Below, one piece after another: positions 36,999 to 48,898 of a stretch of DNA of 64,000 bases. Within the stretch, counting starts at the first letter, position 1. The number at the start of each line of letters is the position of its first letter. The notes under the pieces are model-generated. The model did not search any database and was not told the DNA's origin. It saw only the letters and a list, made by a program, of their open reading frames with translations. A program made the translations under genes and the position numbers. The DNA lies in the NCBI GenBank assembly GCA_041676645.1, contig JBAYRO010000003.1, positions 10,888 through 74,887 on the forward strand, written 5' to 3'. The DNA is from Burkholderiaceae bacterium. GTDB taxonomy: Bacteria > Pseudomonadota > Gammaproteobacteria > Burkholderiales > Burkholderiaceae_E.

Positions 36999-38294
36999 AT
37001 GAGCAAGATCGAGAGAATCAGGGGCGTGCGGGGCATGAACGATGTCCTGCCCGCCGAAGCGCGCTGGTGGCGCCGGCTCGAGGAGTCCGTCGCGCACACC
37101 ATGGCCGCCTACGGCTACCAGCGCATCCGCACTCCGATCGTCGAGCCGACCGGTCTCTTCGTGCGTGGCATCGGCGAAGTCACCGACATCGTCGAGAAGG
37201 AGATGTACTCCTTCGTCGACTCGCTCAACGGCGAGGCCCTGACCCTGCGCCCCGAATCCACCGCCAGCGTGGTCCGGGCGACGATCGAGCACAACCTGCT
37301 GTACGACGGACCGAAGCGACTCTGGTACAGCGGTCCGATGTTCCGCCACGAGCGCCCCCAGAAGGGGCGTTATCGCCAGTTCCACCAGGTCGGCGCCGAG
37401 GCGCTCGGCTTCGCCGGCCCGGACGCCGACTGCGAGGTCATCCTGCTGTGCCAGCGGCTCTGGGACGATCTCGGCCTGACGGGGATCTCGCTCGAGATCA
37501 ATTCGCTCGGCCAGCTGCCCGAGCGCGTCGCCCATCGCGAAGCCCTGATCGCCTGGTTCGAGGCCCATGCCGATGAACTCGATGCCGATGCCCGGCGACG
37601 CCTGCATTCGAATCCGCTGCGCATCCTCGACACCAAGAATCCGGCGATGCAGGCGCTGGTCGAGGCCGCGCCGCGGCTCGCGGATTTCCTCGGTGAGGAA
37701 TCCCGGGCCCATTTCGAAGCGCTGCAGGCGATGCTGCGGGCGCAGAACATTCCGTTCCGGATCAATCCGCGACTGGTCCGCGGTCTCGACTACTACAATC
37801 TCACCGTTTTCGAATGGGTCGCCGATGGCCTGACGGTCTGCGGCGGCGGGCGCTACGATCCGCTCATCGAGATGCTCGGCGGCAAGCCGGCGCCGGCCTG
37901 CGGATTCGCGCTCGGCGTCGAGCGCATCATCGAACTGATGCGCTCCGAAGCCGATACCGGCGCGGATCCCGCATGCGACGTCTATGTGGTGCACCAGGGA
38001 GAGGCGGCCGGGCTGCTCGCCCTGGGCCTGGCCGAGAGGCTGCGCGACCGTGGCCTGGACGTGATCCTGCATTGCGGAGGCGGCAGCTTCAAGGCGCAGT
38101 TCAGGCGGGCCGACGCGTCGCTGGCCTCGGTGGCGCTGGTCATCGGCGAGGACGAGGCGGCCGCGTCGCGCGTGAGCGTGAAGTGGTTGCGCGATGCCCG
38201 GGCGGAGCAGCAGAGCGTGGCGCTCGCGGATATCGACGAATGGCTGATCGACCGGCTGACCGGAGCGATCGACGATCAAGCAGGGGATGACTGA
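36999..38294 (+). CDS. hisS: Histidine--tRNA ligase
   Basis: [42 protein letters not shown], anticodon-binding C terminus. Confidence 0.94.
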   Translation: MSKIERIRGVRGMNDVLPAEARWWRRLEESVAHTMAAYGYQRIRTPIVEPTGLFVRGIGEVTDIVEKEMYSFVDSLNGEALTLRPESTASVVRATIEHNLLYDGPKRLWYSGPMFRHERPQKGRYRQFHQVGAEALGFAGPDADCEVILLCQRLWDDLGLTGISLEINSLGQLPERVAHREALIAWFEAHADELDADARRRLHSNPLRILDTKNPAMQALVEAAPRLADFLGEESRAHFEALQAMLRAQNIPFRINPRLVRGLDYYNLTVFEWVADGLTVCGGGRYDPLIEMLGGKPAPACGFALGVERIIELMRSEADTGADPACDVYVVHQGEAAGLLALGLAERLRDRGLDVILHCGGGSFKAQFRRADASLASVALVIGEDEAAASRVSVKWLRDARAEQQSVALADIDEWLIDRLTGAIDDQAGDD

Positions 38295-38296
38295 CG

Positions 38297-38941
38297 ATGG
38301 CCTACGATTTCGAGGAACAGGAACGGCTCGACGATTTCAAGGCGTTCTGGGCCAAGTACGGCAATACGATCATGACGGTCGTCACCGTCGTGCTGCTGGC
38401 CGTTGCCGCCTGGCGCGGCTGGGCCTGGTACGAGGCGAACCAGTCGCACAAGGCGGCCGGTGTCTACCACCAGCTGAAGGTGGCGGTCGACGAGGCCGAC
38501 GCCGACCGGATCCGCTCCACCGCACAGGTCCTGCGCGATGATTTCTCCGGCACGGTCTACGCTCGCATGGGTTCGCTGGTCGCCGCCGAGGCGCAGGCCG
38601 GCGCCGATGTGGACGACGCCGCCCTCGAGAACCTGCGCTGGGTCGTCGACAACGGGGATGACGAGATATTCGTGCTGGTGGCGCGGCTGCGGCTGGCGTC
38701 GCTGCTGATCGAGGACGAGGCCTGGGACGAGGCTTCGCGGATCCTTGATGTCCAGACACCGCCGGCGTTCAACGGCCTGTTCGCCGATCGCCGCGGCGAT
38801 CTCGCCATGGCGCAGGGCCGTACGGACGAAGCCCGCGCAGCCTATGGCGAGGCGCTCGAGACTCTCGGCCCGGCCAATTCGCTGGCGCGCCTGGTCCAGC
38901 TCAAGCTCGACTCCCTGGGCGCCACCGGAACCGGATCGTGA
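38297..38941 (+). CDS. YfgM-family membrane-anchored TPR-like protein
   Basis: N terminus EEQERLDDFKAFWAKYGNTIMTVVTVVLLAVAAW (single TM). Conserved hisS-yfgM-bamB-der position. Confidence 0.7.
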   Translation: MAYDFEEQERLDDFKAFWAKYGNTIMTVVTVVLLAVAAWRGWAWYEANQSHKAAGVYHQLKVAVDEADADRIRSTAQVLRDDFSGTVYARMGSLVAAEAQAGADVDDAALENLRWVVDNGDDEIFVLVARLRLASLLIEDEAWDEASRILDVQTPPAFNGLFADRRGDLAMAQGRTDEARAAYGEALETLGPANSLARLVQLKLDSLGATGTGS

Positions 38942-40044
38942 AGCGGCGCGGATTCATGGCCGCGGGCGCCGCCCTGATGCTGGCGGCCTGCTCGTCGGGC
39001 CGCAAGATTCCCGATCTGCCCGGCCTGGCCGCCGAGCGCGGCACGATCCGCTGGTCGGTCGACCTCGATGGCGGTGGCTACGGTTTCGCGCCGGCGATCG
39101 TCGACGATCGGGTGTACGCCGCGGGGCGCGATGGCAGCCTGGCCGGGATCGACCTTGCCAGCGGCGCGGTCGACTGGCGCATCGATACCGATGTCAGGCT
39201 GATCACCGGCGTGGGCGCGTCCGGCGGCCTGGTGGCGATCACCGACGAGAACGGCTTCCTGCGGGTCCATGACGAGAAGGGCGAGCAGCGCTGGCAGGCG
39301 GCGATCGGCGCCGAAGCGGTCTCGGTTCCGGTGGTGGATGGCGATGTCCTCGTGATACGAGGCAGCGACAACCGGGTGCTGGCGTTCGATGCCTACACCG
39401 GTCGCCGCCGCTGGGTCTACACGCGGCAGAATCCGCCGCTCGTCCTGCGCCAGACCAACCGGCCCCGGCTCGACGGCGCTACCGCCTATATCGGCCTGCC
39501 CGGCGGCCGCCTGGTCGCGCTTTCCACCGAGACCGGCGCCATGCGCTGGGAATCCGCGATCTCGCTGCCACGGGGCTCCAACGAGATCGAGCGCATCGCC
39601 GACGTGCTCGGCGAGCCGGTCCTGGTCGGCCGGCAGATCTGCGCCGGCAGCTACCAGGGCAGGGTGGGCTGCGTCGATGCGGCAACCGGCCGGCCCGCCT
39701 GGAGCCAGGAGATCTCGGCGGTCGGCGCGATCGATTTCGACGGCCGGACCGTGGTGGCGGTCGACACCCGGGGACGGGTCCATGCGCTCAACGACGTCGG
39801 CGAACCGCTCTGGGTCCAGGAGGGTTTCCAGGGTCGCTTGCTCGGGGCGCCGACCCTGGTCGGCGACATGCTGGCGGTAGGGGACGAGGAAGGCTACCTG
39901 CACTGGCTGGCCCTGGCCGATGGCAGCCTGGCCGGTCGCGTCCGTATCGACAACAGCGCGATCGTGTCGGCCCCGCGACGCGCCGGAAACCTCGCCATCG
40001 TCCAGACGGTCCGCGGCCGCGTCGCCGCGGTCGCGCTGGACTGA
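38938..40044 (+). CDS. bamB: Outer membrane protein assembly factor BamB
   Basis: Lipobox LAAC, repeated PQQ-like beta-propeller blades ([23 protein letters not shown] ...). Synteny. Confidence 0.86.
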   Translation: MKRRGFMAAGAALMLAACSSGRKIPDLPGLAAERGTIRWSVDLDGGGYGFAPAIVDDRVYAAGRDGSLAGIDLASGAVDWRIDTDVRLITGVGASGGLVAITDENGFLRVHDEKGEQRWQAAIGAEAVSVPVVDGDVLVIRGSDNRVLAFDAYTGRRRWVYTRQNPPLVLRQTNRPRLDGATAYIGLPGGRLVALSTETGAMRWESAISLPRGSNEIERIADVLGEPVLVGRQICAGSYQGRVGCVDAATGRPAWSQEISAVGAIDFDGRTVVAVDTRGRVHALNDVGEPLWVQEGFQGRLLGAPTLVGDMLAVGDEEGYLHWLALADGSLAGRVRIDNSAIVSAPRRAGNLAIVQTVRGRVAAVALD

Positions 40045-40060
40045 GCGCGCGCGGGCCCTG

Positions 40061-41461
40061 ATGTCCCTGCTGCCGGTCATCGCCCTGGTGGGGCGTACGA
40101 ATGTCGGGAAGTCGACCCTCTTCAACCGGCTGACCCGCAGTCGCTCGGCCCTGGTCGCCGACATCCCGGGCCTGACCCGCGATCGCCAGTACGGACGCGG
40201 CCGGCTCGGTGAGCGGCCCTTCATCGTGATCGATACCGGCGGCTTCGAACCCGAGGCGAAATCCGGGGTCTACATGCAGATGGCGCGGCAGACCCGCCAG
40301 GCGGTGATCGAGGCGGACATGGTGTTCTTCGTGGTCGACGGCCGCGAAGGCCTGACCGGCCATGACGAGGAGATCGCCGCCGAGCTGCGCAAGCGCGCCC
40401 AGCGCGTCCAGGTGGTGGTCAACAAGGCGGAAGGGCGGCCGCGCGAACAGGTGGCGAGCGATTTCCACGCGCTCGGGCTGGGCGATCCGGTGGCCGTATC
40501 CGCGGCGCATGGGGACAATGTCCGCCAGCTGGTCGAGCACGCGCTCGATACGATCGCCCCTGCTGCCGCGGCCGAGCCCGATGCCGCCGAGGGCGTCGAA
40601 GGCGTCGAAGCGCTTGCCGACGCGGCAGCCGGCGGCGAGCCGGATGCCCCGCGCCGGGTGCGGGTTGCCGTCGTGGGACGTCCCAACGCGGGCAAGTCGA
40701 CCCTGATCAACACCTTGCTCGGTGAAGAGCGCCTGGTTGCCTTCGACCAGCCGGGCACGACCCGCGATGCGGTGGCGATCGATTTCGAGCGCGGCGGGCG
40801 CCCGTACACCCTCGTCGACACGGCCGGGATCCGGCGCCGCGCCAAGGTGCGGGAAACGATCGAGAAGTTCTCGGTGGTCAAGACGCTGCAGGCGATCGAG
40901 GATTCGAACGTCTGCATCCTCATGCTCGATGCCCCCGAGGGCATTGCCGACCAGGACGCGAGCATTGCCGGCTATCTGCTGGAAGCGGGGCGGGCGGTGG
41001 TCGTCGCGATCAACAAATGGGACCGGGTCGACGCCGGCGAGCGCGAGCGGATTCGCAGCGAGTTCGACCGCAAGCTGCATTTCCTGCGCTTCGCGCGGGT
41101 GCATTTCGTCTCGGCGCTCGAGGCGACCGGCATCGGGGCGCTCATGAGGTCGGTCGATGAAGCCCACGACGCGGCGATGCGCAAGCTGCCCACGCCCCGG
41201 CTGACGCGGGCCCTGCACGAGGCGGTCGAACGCCAGCAACCGGTTCGCCGCGGACCCGTGCGGCCCAAGCTGCGCTATGCGCACCAGGGGGGCCAGAATC
41301 CGCCCATCATCGTGATCCACGGCAGCGCATTGCAGCATGTCGGCGAGGCCTACCGGCGCTATCTGGAAGGCTGGTTCCGGGATCATTTCCAGCTGGTGGG
41401 GACGCCCCTGAGGGTGGAGTTCCGCTCCGGCGCCAATCCCTATGTCGACCGAGCCTCCTGA
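40061..41461 (+). CDS. der: Ribosome biogenesis GTPase Der (EngA)
   Basis: Two G domains ([14 protein letters not shown]; [14 protein letters not shown]) plus a KH-like C terminus. Confidence 0.94.
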   Translation: MSLLPVIALVGRTNVGKSTLFNRLTRSRSALVADIPGLTRDRQYGRGRLGERPFIVIDTGGFEPEAKSGVYMQMARQTRQAVIEADMVFFVVDGREGLTGHDEEIAAELRKRAQRVQVVVNKAEGRPREQVASDFHALGLGDPVAVSAAHGDNVRQLVEHALDTIAPAAAAEPDAAEGVEGVEALADAAAGGEPDAPRRVRVAVVGRPNAGKSTLINTLLGEERLVAFDQPGTTRDAVAIDFERGGRPYTLVDTAGIRRRAKVRETIEKFSVVKTLQAIEDSNVCILMLDAPEGIADQDASIAGYLLEAGRAVVVAINKWDRVDAGERERIRSEFDRKLHFLRFARVHFVSALEATGIGALMRSVDEAHDAAMRKLPTPRLTRALHEAVERQQPVRRGPVRPKLRYAHQGGQNPPIIVIHGSALQHVGEAYRRYLEGWFRDHFQLVGTPLRVEFRSGANPYVDRAS

Positions 41462-41590
41462 CCGACCTCGAGGAGCGACACTTGAAATCCGGCGCTGTTG
41501 CCCGAATTTCAGTTAAAGTGCGACCAGAAGTCCCCCGGCCGGCAAGGGGACCGTCTCCTCGACCATGAATAGAGCCGCTACGGAGCCGCC

Positions 41591-41827
41591 ATGAGCAACA
41601 AAGGGCAATTATTACAAGACCCGTTCCTGAACATGCTGCGCAGGGAGCACATCCCTGTCTCGATCTATCTCGTCAATGGCATCAAGCTCCAGGGCCAGAT
41701 CGATTCCTTCGATCAATATGTCGTACTGCTGCGCAATACCGTGACCCAGATGGTCTACAAGCATGCCATTTCCACCGTGGTGCCGGGCCGGCCGGTCCAG
41801 TTCCAACCTGAAAACACCGAAAGCTGA
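41591..41827 (+). CDS. hfq: RNA chaperone Hfq
   Basis: [58 protein letters not shown]. Confidence 0.97.
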   Translation: MSNKGQLLQDPFLNMLRREHIPVSIYLVNGIKLQGQIDSFDQYVVLLRNTVTQMVYKHAISTVVPGRPVQFQPENTES

Positions 41828-41859
41828 CCCAATCACGCAATGAATTCCGCTGCCTGCTC

Positions 41860-43017
41860 GTGCGGGTGGCACTCGGTCCGACGATACCGGATGAGCAGAG
41901 CCTCGACGAACTCGCCGCACTGGCGGAGTCGGCGGGCTTTGTCGTGGTCGGTCGCCGGACCTGTCGGCGCCAGCGCCCCGATCCGGCCCTGTACATAGGC
42001 GCCGGCAAGGCCGACGAGATCGCCGCCCAACTGGCCGCCGCAGAGGCCGACCTGGTCCTTTTCGACCATGAGCTGAGCGCGGTACAGCAGCGCAACCTCG
42101 GCGAGCGCTGGGGTGTCCCGGTGCTCGATCGCACCGAGCTCATCCTCGACATCTTCGGACGGCGCGCGCGCAGCCACGAAGGCAAGCTGCAGGTCGAGCT
42201 CGCGCGCCTGGAGCATCTGTCGGCCCGGCTGGTGCGGGGCTGGACCCACCTCGAGCGCCAGCGCGGCGGCATCGGGGTTCGCGGCGGCCCGGGCGAGAAG
42301 CAGATCGAGCTCGATCGCCGGCAGATCGGGGCCCGCGTACGGCGCCTGCGTGCCGACCTCGAGCGAATCCGGGGCCAGCGGCGCAACCGGCGTCGCTCGC
42401 GCGATCGCAACGAGGCGTTCAAGGTATCCATCGTCGGCTATACCAATGCCGGCAAGTCGACCCTGTTCAACCGGCTGACGGGGGCCGATGCCTATGCGGC
42501 GGACCAGCCCTTCGCCACGCTCGACACCCTGACCCGGCGGGCACGCCTGCCCTCGGGCGACTTCATGGTGCTGTCGGACACCGTCGGCTTCGTGCGCGAC
42601 CTGCCGCACCAGCTCGTCGATGCCTTCGAAGCCACTCTCGAGGAGACCGCCGAGGCGGACCTGCTGCTCCATGTGGTCGATGCCTCGGCGCCGGATCGCA
42701 TGGACCAGATCGCGCAGGTCGAGCGGGTGCTCGCGGAAATCGGGGCTGGCGATATCCCGGTGATCCTCGTCCACAACAAGATCGATCGCTGTGGCCACGA
42801 AGCCGGAACTTCGCGCGAAGGGGGCTGTGGTAGGATCGGGCGCGTTGCCCTGAGCGCCGCCACGGGTGACGGTATCGACGGGCTGCTGGCAGCGATCGCC
42901 GAACATCGCGCGGCCCGGCGCACAAGCAGCAGTCCCGGGGATCCGGACGCAGGTCGACGTCCCGTGACATCGGGCCCGGATGAATTCGGTATGTCCGACC
43001 CCCGGGCAAGCCGCTGA
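41860..43017 (+). CDS. hflX: GTPase HflX
   Basis: GTG start. GGIGVRGGPGEKQIELDRR, G1 [24 protein letters not shown]. hfq-hflX-hflKC synteny. Confidence 0.9.
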   Translation: MRVALGPTIPDEQSLDELAALAESAGFVVVGRRTCRRQRPDPALYIGAGKADEIAAQLAAAEADLVLFDHELSAVQQRNLGERWGVPVLDRTELILDIFGRRARSHEGKLQVELARLEHLSARLVRGWTHLERQRGGIGVRGGPGEKQIELDRRQIGARVRRLRADLERIRGQRRNRRRSRDRNEAFKVSIVGYTNAGKSTLFNRLTGADAYAADQPFATLDTLTRRARLPSGDFMVLSDTVGFVRDLPHQLVDAFEATLEETAEADLLLHVVDASAPDRMDQIAQVERVLAEIGAGDIPVILVHNKIDRCGHEAGTSREGGCGRIGRVALSAATGDGIDGLLAAIAEHRAARRTSSSPGDPDAGRRPVTSGPDEFGMSDPRASR

Positions 43018-43043
43018 CTCGATCCTCCTAGGCAAACAGTTCC

Positions 43044-44366
43044 ATGTGGAAGAGTATTCGATCGATCTTCTCGCTCAACGATCCCGGCTGGGGACGGGGC
43101 GGTGGTGGCGACAAGGACAAGGAGCCGCGCCGGCCGTCCGACGGCCAGGACGGCCCGCCCGACCTCGATGAACTCTGGCGCGATTTCAATCGTCGCCTGA
43201 ACAGCCTCTTCGGACGCCGGGGTGGCGGTGGCGGGCCGCGCCTGCCCATCGGCGGTGGTGGCGGTGGTGGTGGCGGCGGCCTGCCGACACCTTCACTGCG
43301 CGGGGCCGGGATCGGCTTCGTGGTCCTGTTCGTCGCGGCTGCGCTGCTCTGGCTGGCAAGCGGTTTCTTCATCGTCCAGGAGGGCCAGACCGCGGTGATC
43401 CTGCGCTTCGGCAAGGTGGCCAAGCAGATCGATCGCGCCGGCTTTACCTGGCGGCTGCCGTTCCCGATCGAAGTCCACGAGATCGTCAGCACACAGCAGC
43501 TGCGTACCGTCGAGGTGGGTTATCGCGGCAATCCGCGCAACAAGAACCTGCGCGAAGCCCTCATGCTCACCGGCGACCAGAGCATCGTCGACATGCAGTT
43601 CGCGATGCAGTACCGGATCGGTTCGGCGCGCGACTACCTGTTCAACAACGACCTCGGCGGCAATCCGGAGGAAATCGTCCGGCAGGCGGCCGAAACCGCG
43701 ATGCGCGAGGTCGTCGGCCGCTCGGGAATCGACCGCGTCCTCTACGAAGAGAAGGATCTCGTCGCGCGCGACGCCCTCGGCCTGGCGCAGTCGGTCCTCG
43801 ATCGCTACGGCCTGGGCGCTTCGATCGTCGACGTCACGATCCAGCAGGTCCAGCCGCCCGAACAGGTGCAGGAGGCCTTCGCCGATGCCAACAAGGCGGC
43901 GCAGGATCGCGAACGCCTGATCAACGAGGGTGTGGCCTACGCCAACGATGTCGTCCCGAGGGCCCAGGGTATGGCGGCGCGGCTGCAGCAGGAAGCCGAA
44001 GGCTATCGCTCGAGCGCGATCGCCAGCGCCGAGGGTGACGCCGATCGCTTCAGCCAGGTGCTCGCCGAGTACTCCAAGGCCCCCCGGGTGACCCGGGATC
44101 GCCTGTACATCGAGGCGATGCAGCAGGTCTTCACCAATACTTCGAAGATCATGGTCGATGGCAATGACGGCGGCAATCTGCTCTATCTTCCGCTCGACAA
44201 GCTGATGGCCGGGGCGGGGGCGGCGGTCGCCGCCGACCCGGCAGGTCGGCGCGACCAGCCGACGGCCACCAACCCGACGCCGTCGCCGCGTGGCGCGGCC
44301 ACCGACGACTTCACCGAGACTCGCCGCGAGGCGCTGCGCAATCGCGACCGCGACGCGTTCCGCTGA
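43044..44366 (+). CDS. hflK: FtsH protease modulator HflK
   Basis: Gly-rich N terminus, TM, SPFH/band-7 domain (FIVQEGQTAVILRFGK...). Precedes hflC. Confidence 0.9.
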   Translation: MWKSIRSIFSLNDPGWGRGGGGDKDKEPRRPSDGQDGPPDLDELWRDFNRRLNSLFGRRGGGGGPRLPIGGGGGGGGGGLPTPSLRGAGIGFVVLFVAAALLWLASGFFIVQEGQTAVILRFGKVAKQIDRAGFTWRLPFPIEVHEIVSTQQLRTVEVGYRGNPRNKNLREALMLTGDQSIVDMQFAMQYRIGSARDYLFNNDLGGNPEEIVRQAAETAMREVVGRSGIDRVLYEEKDLVARDALGLAQSVLDRYGLGASIVDVTIQQVQPPEQVQEAFADANKAAQDRERLINEGVAYANDVVPRAQGMAARLQQEAEGYRSSAIASAEGDADRFSQVLAEYSKAPRVTRDRLYIEAMQQVFTNTSKIMVDGNDGGNLLYLPLDKLMAGAGAAVAADPAGRRDQPTATNPTPSPRGAATDDFTETRREALRNRDRDAFR

Positions 44367-44389
44367 CGCCAGCATCGGATTTCGACTCC

Positions 44390-45295
44390 ATGAATCGACT
44401 GCTTACCTCCATCGTCGTGCTGGTCCTGGCCGGAATGCTGCTCCGGTCGTGCGTCTTCGTCGTCGACCAGCGCCAGTTCGCCGTGAAGTACGCGCTCGGC
44501 GAGATCCGCGAGGTCATCGACGAGGCGGGCCTGTATTTCAAGCTTCCGGTGCCGTTCCAGAACGTCGAGTATCACGACAAGCGGATCCTCACGATCGACA
44601 ACCCGGACATCGACCGCTTCGTCACCGCCGAGAAGCTCAACATCCTGCTGGACTCCTACGTGAAGTGGCGCATCGTCGATCCCCGCGCCTACATCCGCTC
44701 GGTGCAGGGTAGCCAGCGGATTGCGGTCGATCGCATCCTGCGCAGCCTGCGCGATGGCCTGCAGAACGAGGTCGCCAGGCTGACCGTCGCCGACGTCATC
44801 TCGCTGCAGCGCGATCGCCTGATGGAGCGCGTGCGGGCGAAGGTCAACGACGACAGCAGCACCATCGGGGTCGAGATCATCGACGTACGACTCAAGCGGG
44901 TCGACTTCGAGCCCAACGTCCAGGAAGGCGTGTTCACCCGGATGCAGTCCGAGCGCAAGCGGGTGGCCAACGAGCGCCGCGCTACCGGGGCGGCCGAATC
45001 CGAGAGGATCCGGGCCGATGCCGAGCGCCAGCGCGAGATCATCATCGCCGAGGCCTATCGCGAAGCGCAGGGCATCAAGGGTGATGGCGATGCCCAGGCG
45101 GCGGCCATCTATGCCGAGGCCTTCCAGCGCGATGCCGACTTCGCGGCGTTCTATCGCAGCCTCGGCGCCTACCAGTCCTCGTTCCGCAATCGCAGCGACG
45201 TCCTGGTGGTCGATCCGTCCGCCGAGTTCTTCCGGTTCTTCAAGGAGAGCAGCGGCCAGTCCGCGGGCGCCGCCATCCCGTCCGCGCCGCGTTGA
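44390..45295 (+). CDS. hflC: FtsH protease modulator HflC
   Basis: N-terminal TM plus SPFH domain (VFVVDQRQFAVKYALGEI...ERRATGAAESERIRADAERQ). Confidence 0.9.
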   Translation: MNRLLTSIVVLVLAGMLLRSCVFVVDQRQFAVKYALGEIREVIDEAGLYFKLPVPFQNVEYHDKRILTIDNPDIDRFVTAEKLNILLDSYVKWRIVDPRAYIRSVQGSQRIAVDRILRSLRDGLQNEVARLTVADVISLQRDRLMERVRAKVNDDSSTIGVEIIDVRLKRVDFEPNVQEGVFTRMQSERKRVANERRATGAAESERIRADAERQREIIIAEAYREAQGIKGDGDAQAAAIYAEAFQRDADFAAFYRSLGAYQSSFRNRSDVLVVDPSAEFFRFFKESSGQSAGAAIPSAPR

Positions 45296-45326
45296 GCGCG
45301 GATGACGCGCGGACGGCTGCAAGGTC

Positions 45327-45509
45327 GTGGATCCTGAAACCGTACTCATGGCCGTCGGCCTGATGCTGTTGCTCGAAGGCCTCATGCCCCTGCTCATGCC
45401 GCAGCAGTGGCGCGAGATGTTCCTGCGGATTTCGCGCATGCGGGACGGCCAGATCCGCTTCTTCGGCCTGATTGCGGTTCTGGCAGGCGGTTTCCTGCTG
45501 CTTCTCTAG
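45327..45509 (+). CDS. DUF2065-family small membrane protein
   Basis: GTG start. Two-TM 60-aa protein AVGLMLLLEGLMPLLMPQQWREMF...RFFGLIAVLAGGFLLLL. Conserved position after hflC. Confidence 0.6.
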   Translation: MDPETVLMAVGLMLLLEGLMPLLMPQQWREMFLRISRMRDGQIRFFGLIAVLAGGFLLLL

Positions 45510-45621
45510 TAGAATCAAAGGTTTGGACGGCGTGCGCGCAGGCGCGGGCCGCTTCCTGTTTGCGGGCCCCTTCCGATCGTTGCCGGGCGGGGCGCCGGGC
45601 TCCATTCTTCCCATTCGACAC

Positions 45622-48125
<2,504 letters not shown>

Positions 48126-48144
48126 TCGGCAGGACCGCGGACCG

Positions 48145-48657
48145 ATGGGCGCGAAGGATCTGGAGGTCGACTGGGACGAATACCATCGTCTCGTCGAACG
48201 GCTGGCGCTGCAGATCCATGATTCGGGATGGCGCTTCGACGCGATCGTCTGCCTCGCCCGCGGCGGCCTGAGGGTGGGCGATATCCTGTCGCGGATCTTC
48301 GATCGACCGCTCGGGGTGATGTTCACGAGCTCCTACCGGGCGCTGGCGGGCCGGGAGCAGGGCGCGATCCACATCGGCGAGCATCTCTGCTCGGCGACCG
48401 AGCTGCCCGGCACCCATTGGCTTCTGGTCGACGACCTGGTCGATTCCGGCCAGACGCTCGGCGAGATCCTGCGGATCCTGATGGCGCGTCATTCGCAGCT
48501 GCGCGAGGTGCGCAGCGCGGTCATCTGGCAGAAGGCCAGCTCGGTGACCCGGCCGGACTACGTCGTGGAATTCCTGGCCGACAATCCGTGGATTCGACAG
48601 CCTTTCGAGGTATACGACGGCCTGCGCCCCGATGCCCTGCGGGACCGGGTCGGTTGA
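48145..48657 (+). CDS. Phosphoribosyltransferase-family protein (purine PRT-like)
   Basis: PRPP-binding motif WLLVDDLVDSGQTL. About 170 aa. Confidence 0.78.
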   Translation: MGAKDLEVDWDEYHRLVERLALQIHDSGWRFDAIVCLARGGLRVGDILSRIFDRPLGVMFTSSYRALAGREQGAIHIGEHLCSATELPGTHWLLVDDLVDSGQTLGEILRILMARHSQLREVRSAVIWQKASSVTRPDYVVEFLADNPWIRQPFEVYDGLRPDALRDRVG

Positions 48658-48670
48658 GGCGCCCCACGAA

Positions 48671-48694
48671 AAAAGCCGGCTGGCGCCGGCTTTC
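48671..48694. terminator. Hairpin terminator shared by the PRT gene (+) and tRNA-Leu (-)
   Basis: AAAAGCCGGC-TGGC-GCCGGCTTT: GC stem flanked by an A-run and a T-run. Confidence 0.6.
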
Positions 48695-48700
48695 GGATGA

Positions 48701-48787
48701 TGGTGCCCAGAAGAGGACTCGAACCTCCACAGTGTTGCCACCGCTAGGACCTGAACCTAGTGCGTCTACCAATTCCGCCATCTGGGC
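48701..48787 (-). tRNA. tRNA-Leu (anticodon CAG)
   Basis: The reverse complement GCCCAGATGGCGGAATTGGTAGACGCACTAGGTTCAGGTCCTAGCGGTGGCAACACTGTGGAGGTTCGAGTCCTCTTCTGGGCACCA folds as a type-II cloverleaf. Acceptor GCCCAGA/TCTGGGC, anticodon loop TTCAGGT, long variable arm, encoded CCA. Confidence 0.93.
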
Positions 48788-48830
48788 ACTGCGCGACGTG
48801 CCGTGGGGCAAGCCGCGCAGGAAAGGGCGA

Positions 48831-48858
48831 AGTTTAATGGTCTGTCCGATTTTGTCAA
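48831..48858 (-). promoter_or_regulatory. Candidate sigma70 promoter of tRNA-Leu (-35 TTGACA, 16-nt spacer, -10 TAAACT)
   Basis: The minus strand reads TTGACA-AAATCGGACAGACCAT-TAAACT followed by a GC-rich discriminator. It lies about 40 nt upstream of the tRNA 5' end. Confidence 0.5.
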
Positions 48859-48898
48859 CAAGCGCCGGGCCTGCTGGCCCGGCCTATGGAGGCGCGCG

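Noticed and set aside
43240-43285. GGT/GGC codon run in hflK as a slippage-prone tandem repeat or contingency locus
   Set aside because: It is in frame and encodes the Gly-rich N-terminal linker common in HflK proteins. The units are not identical, so slippage is unlikely.
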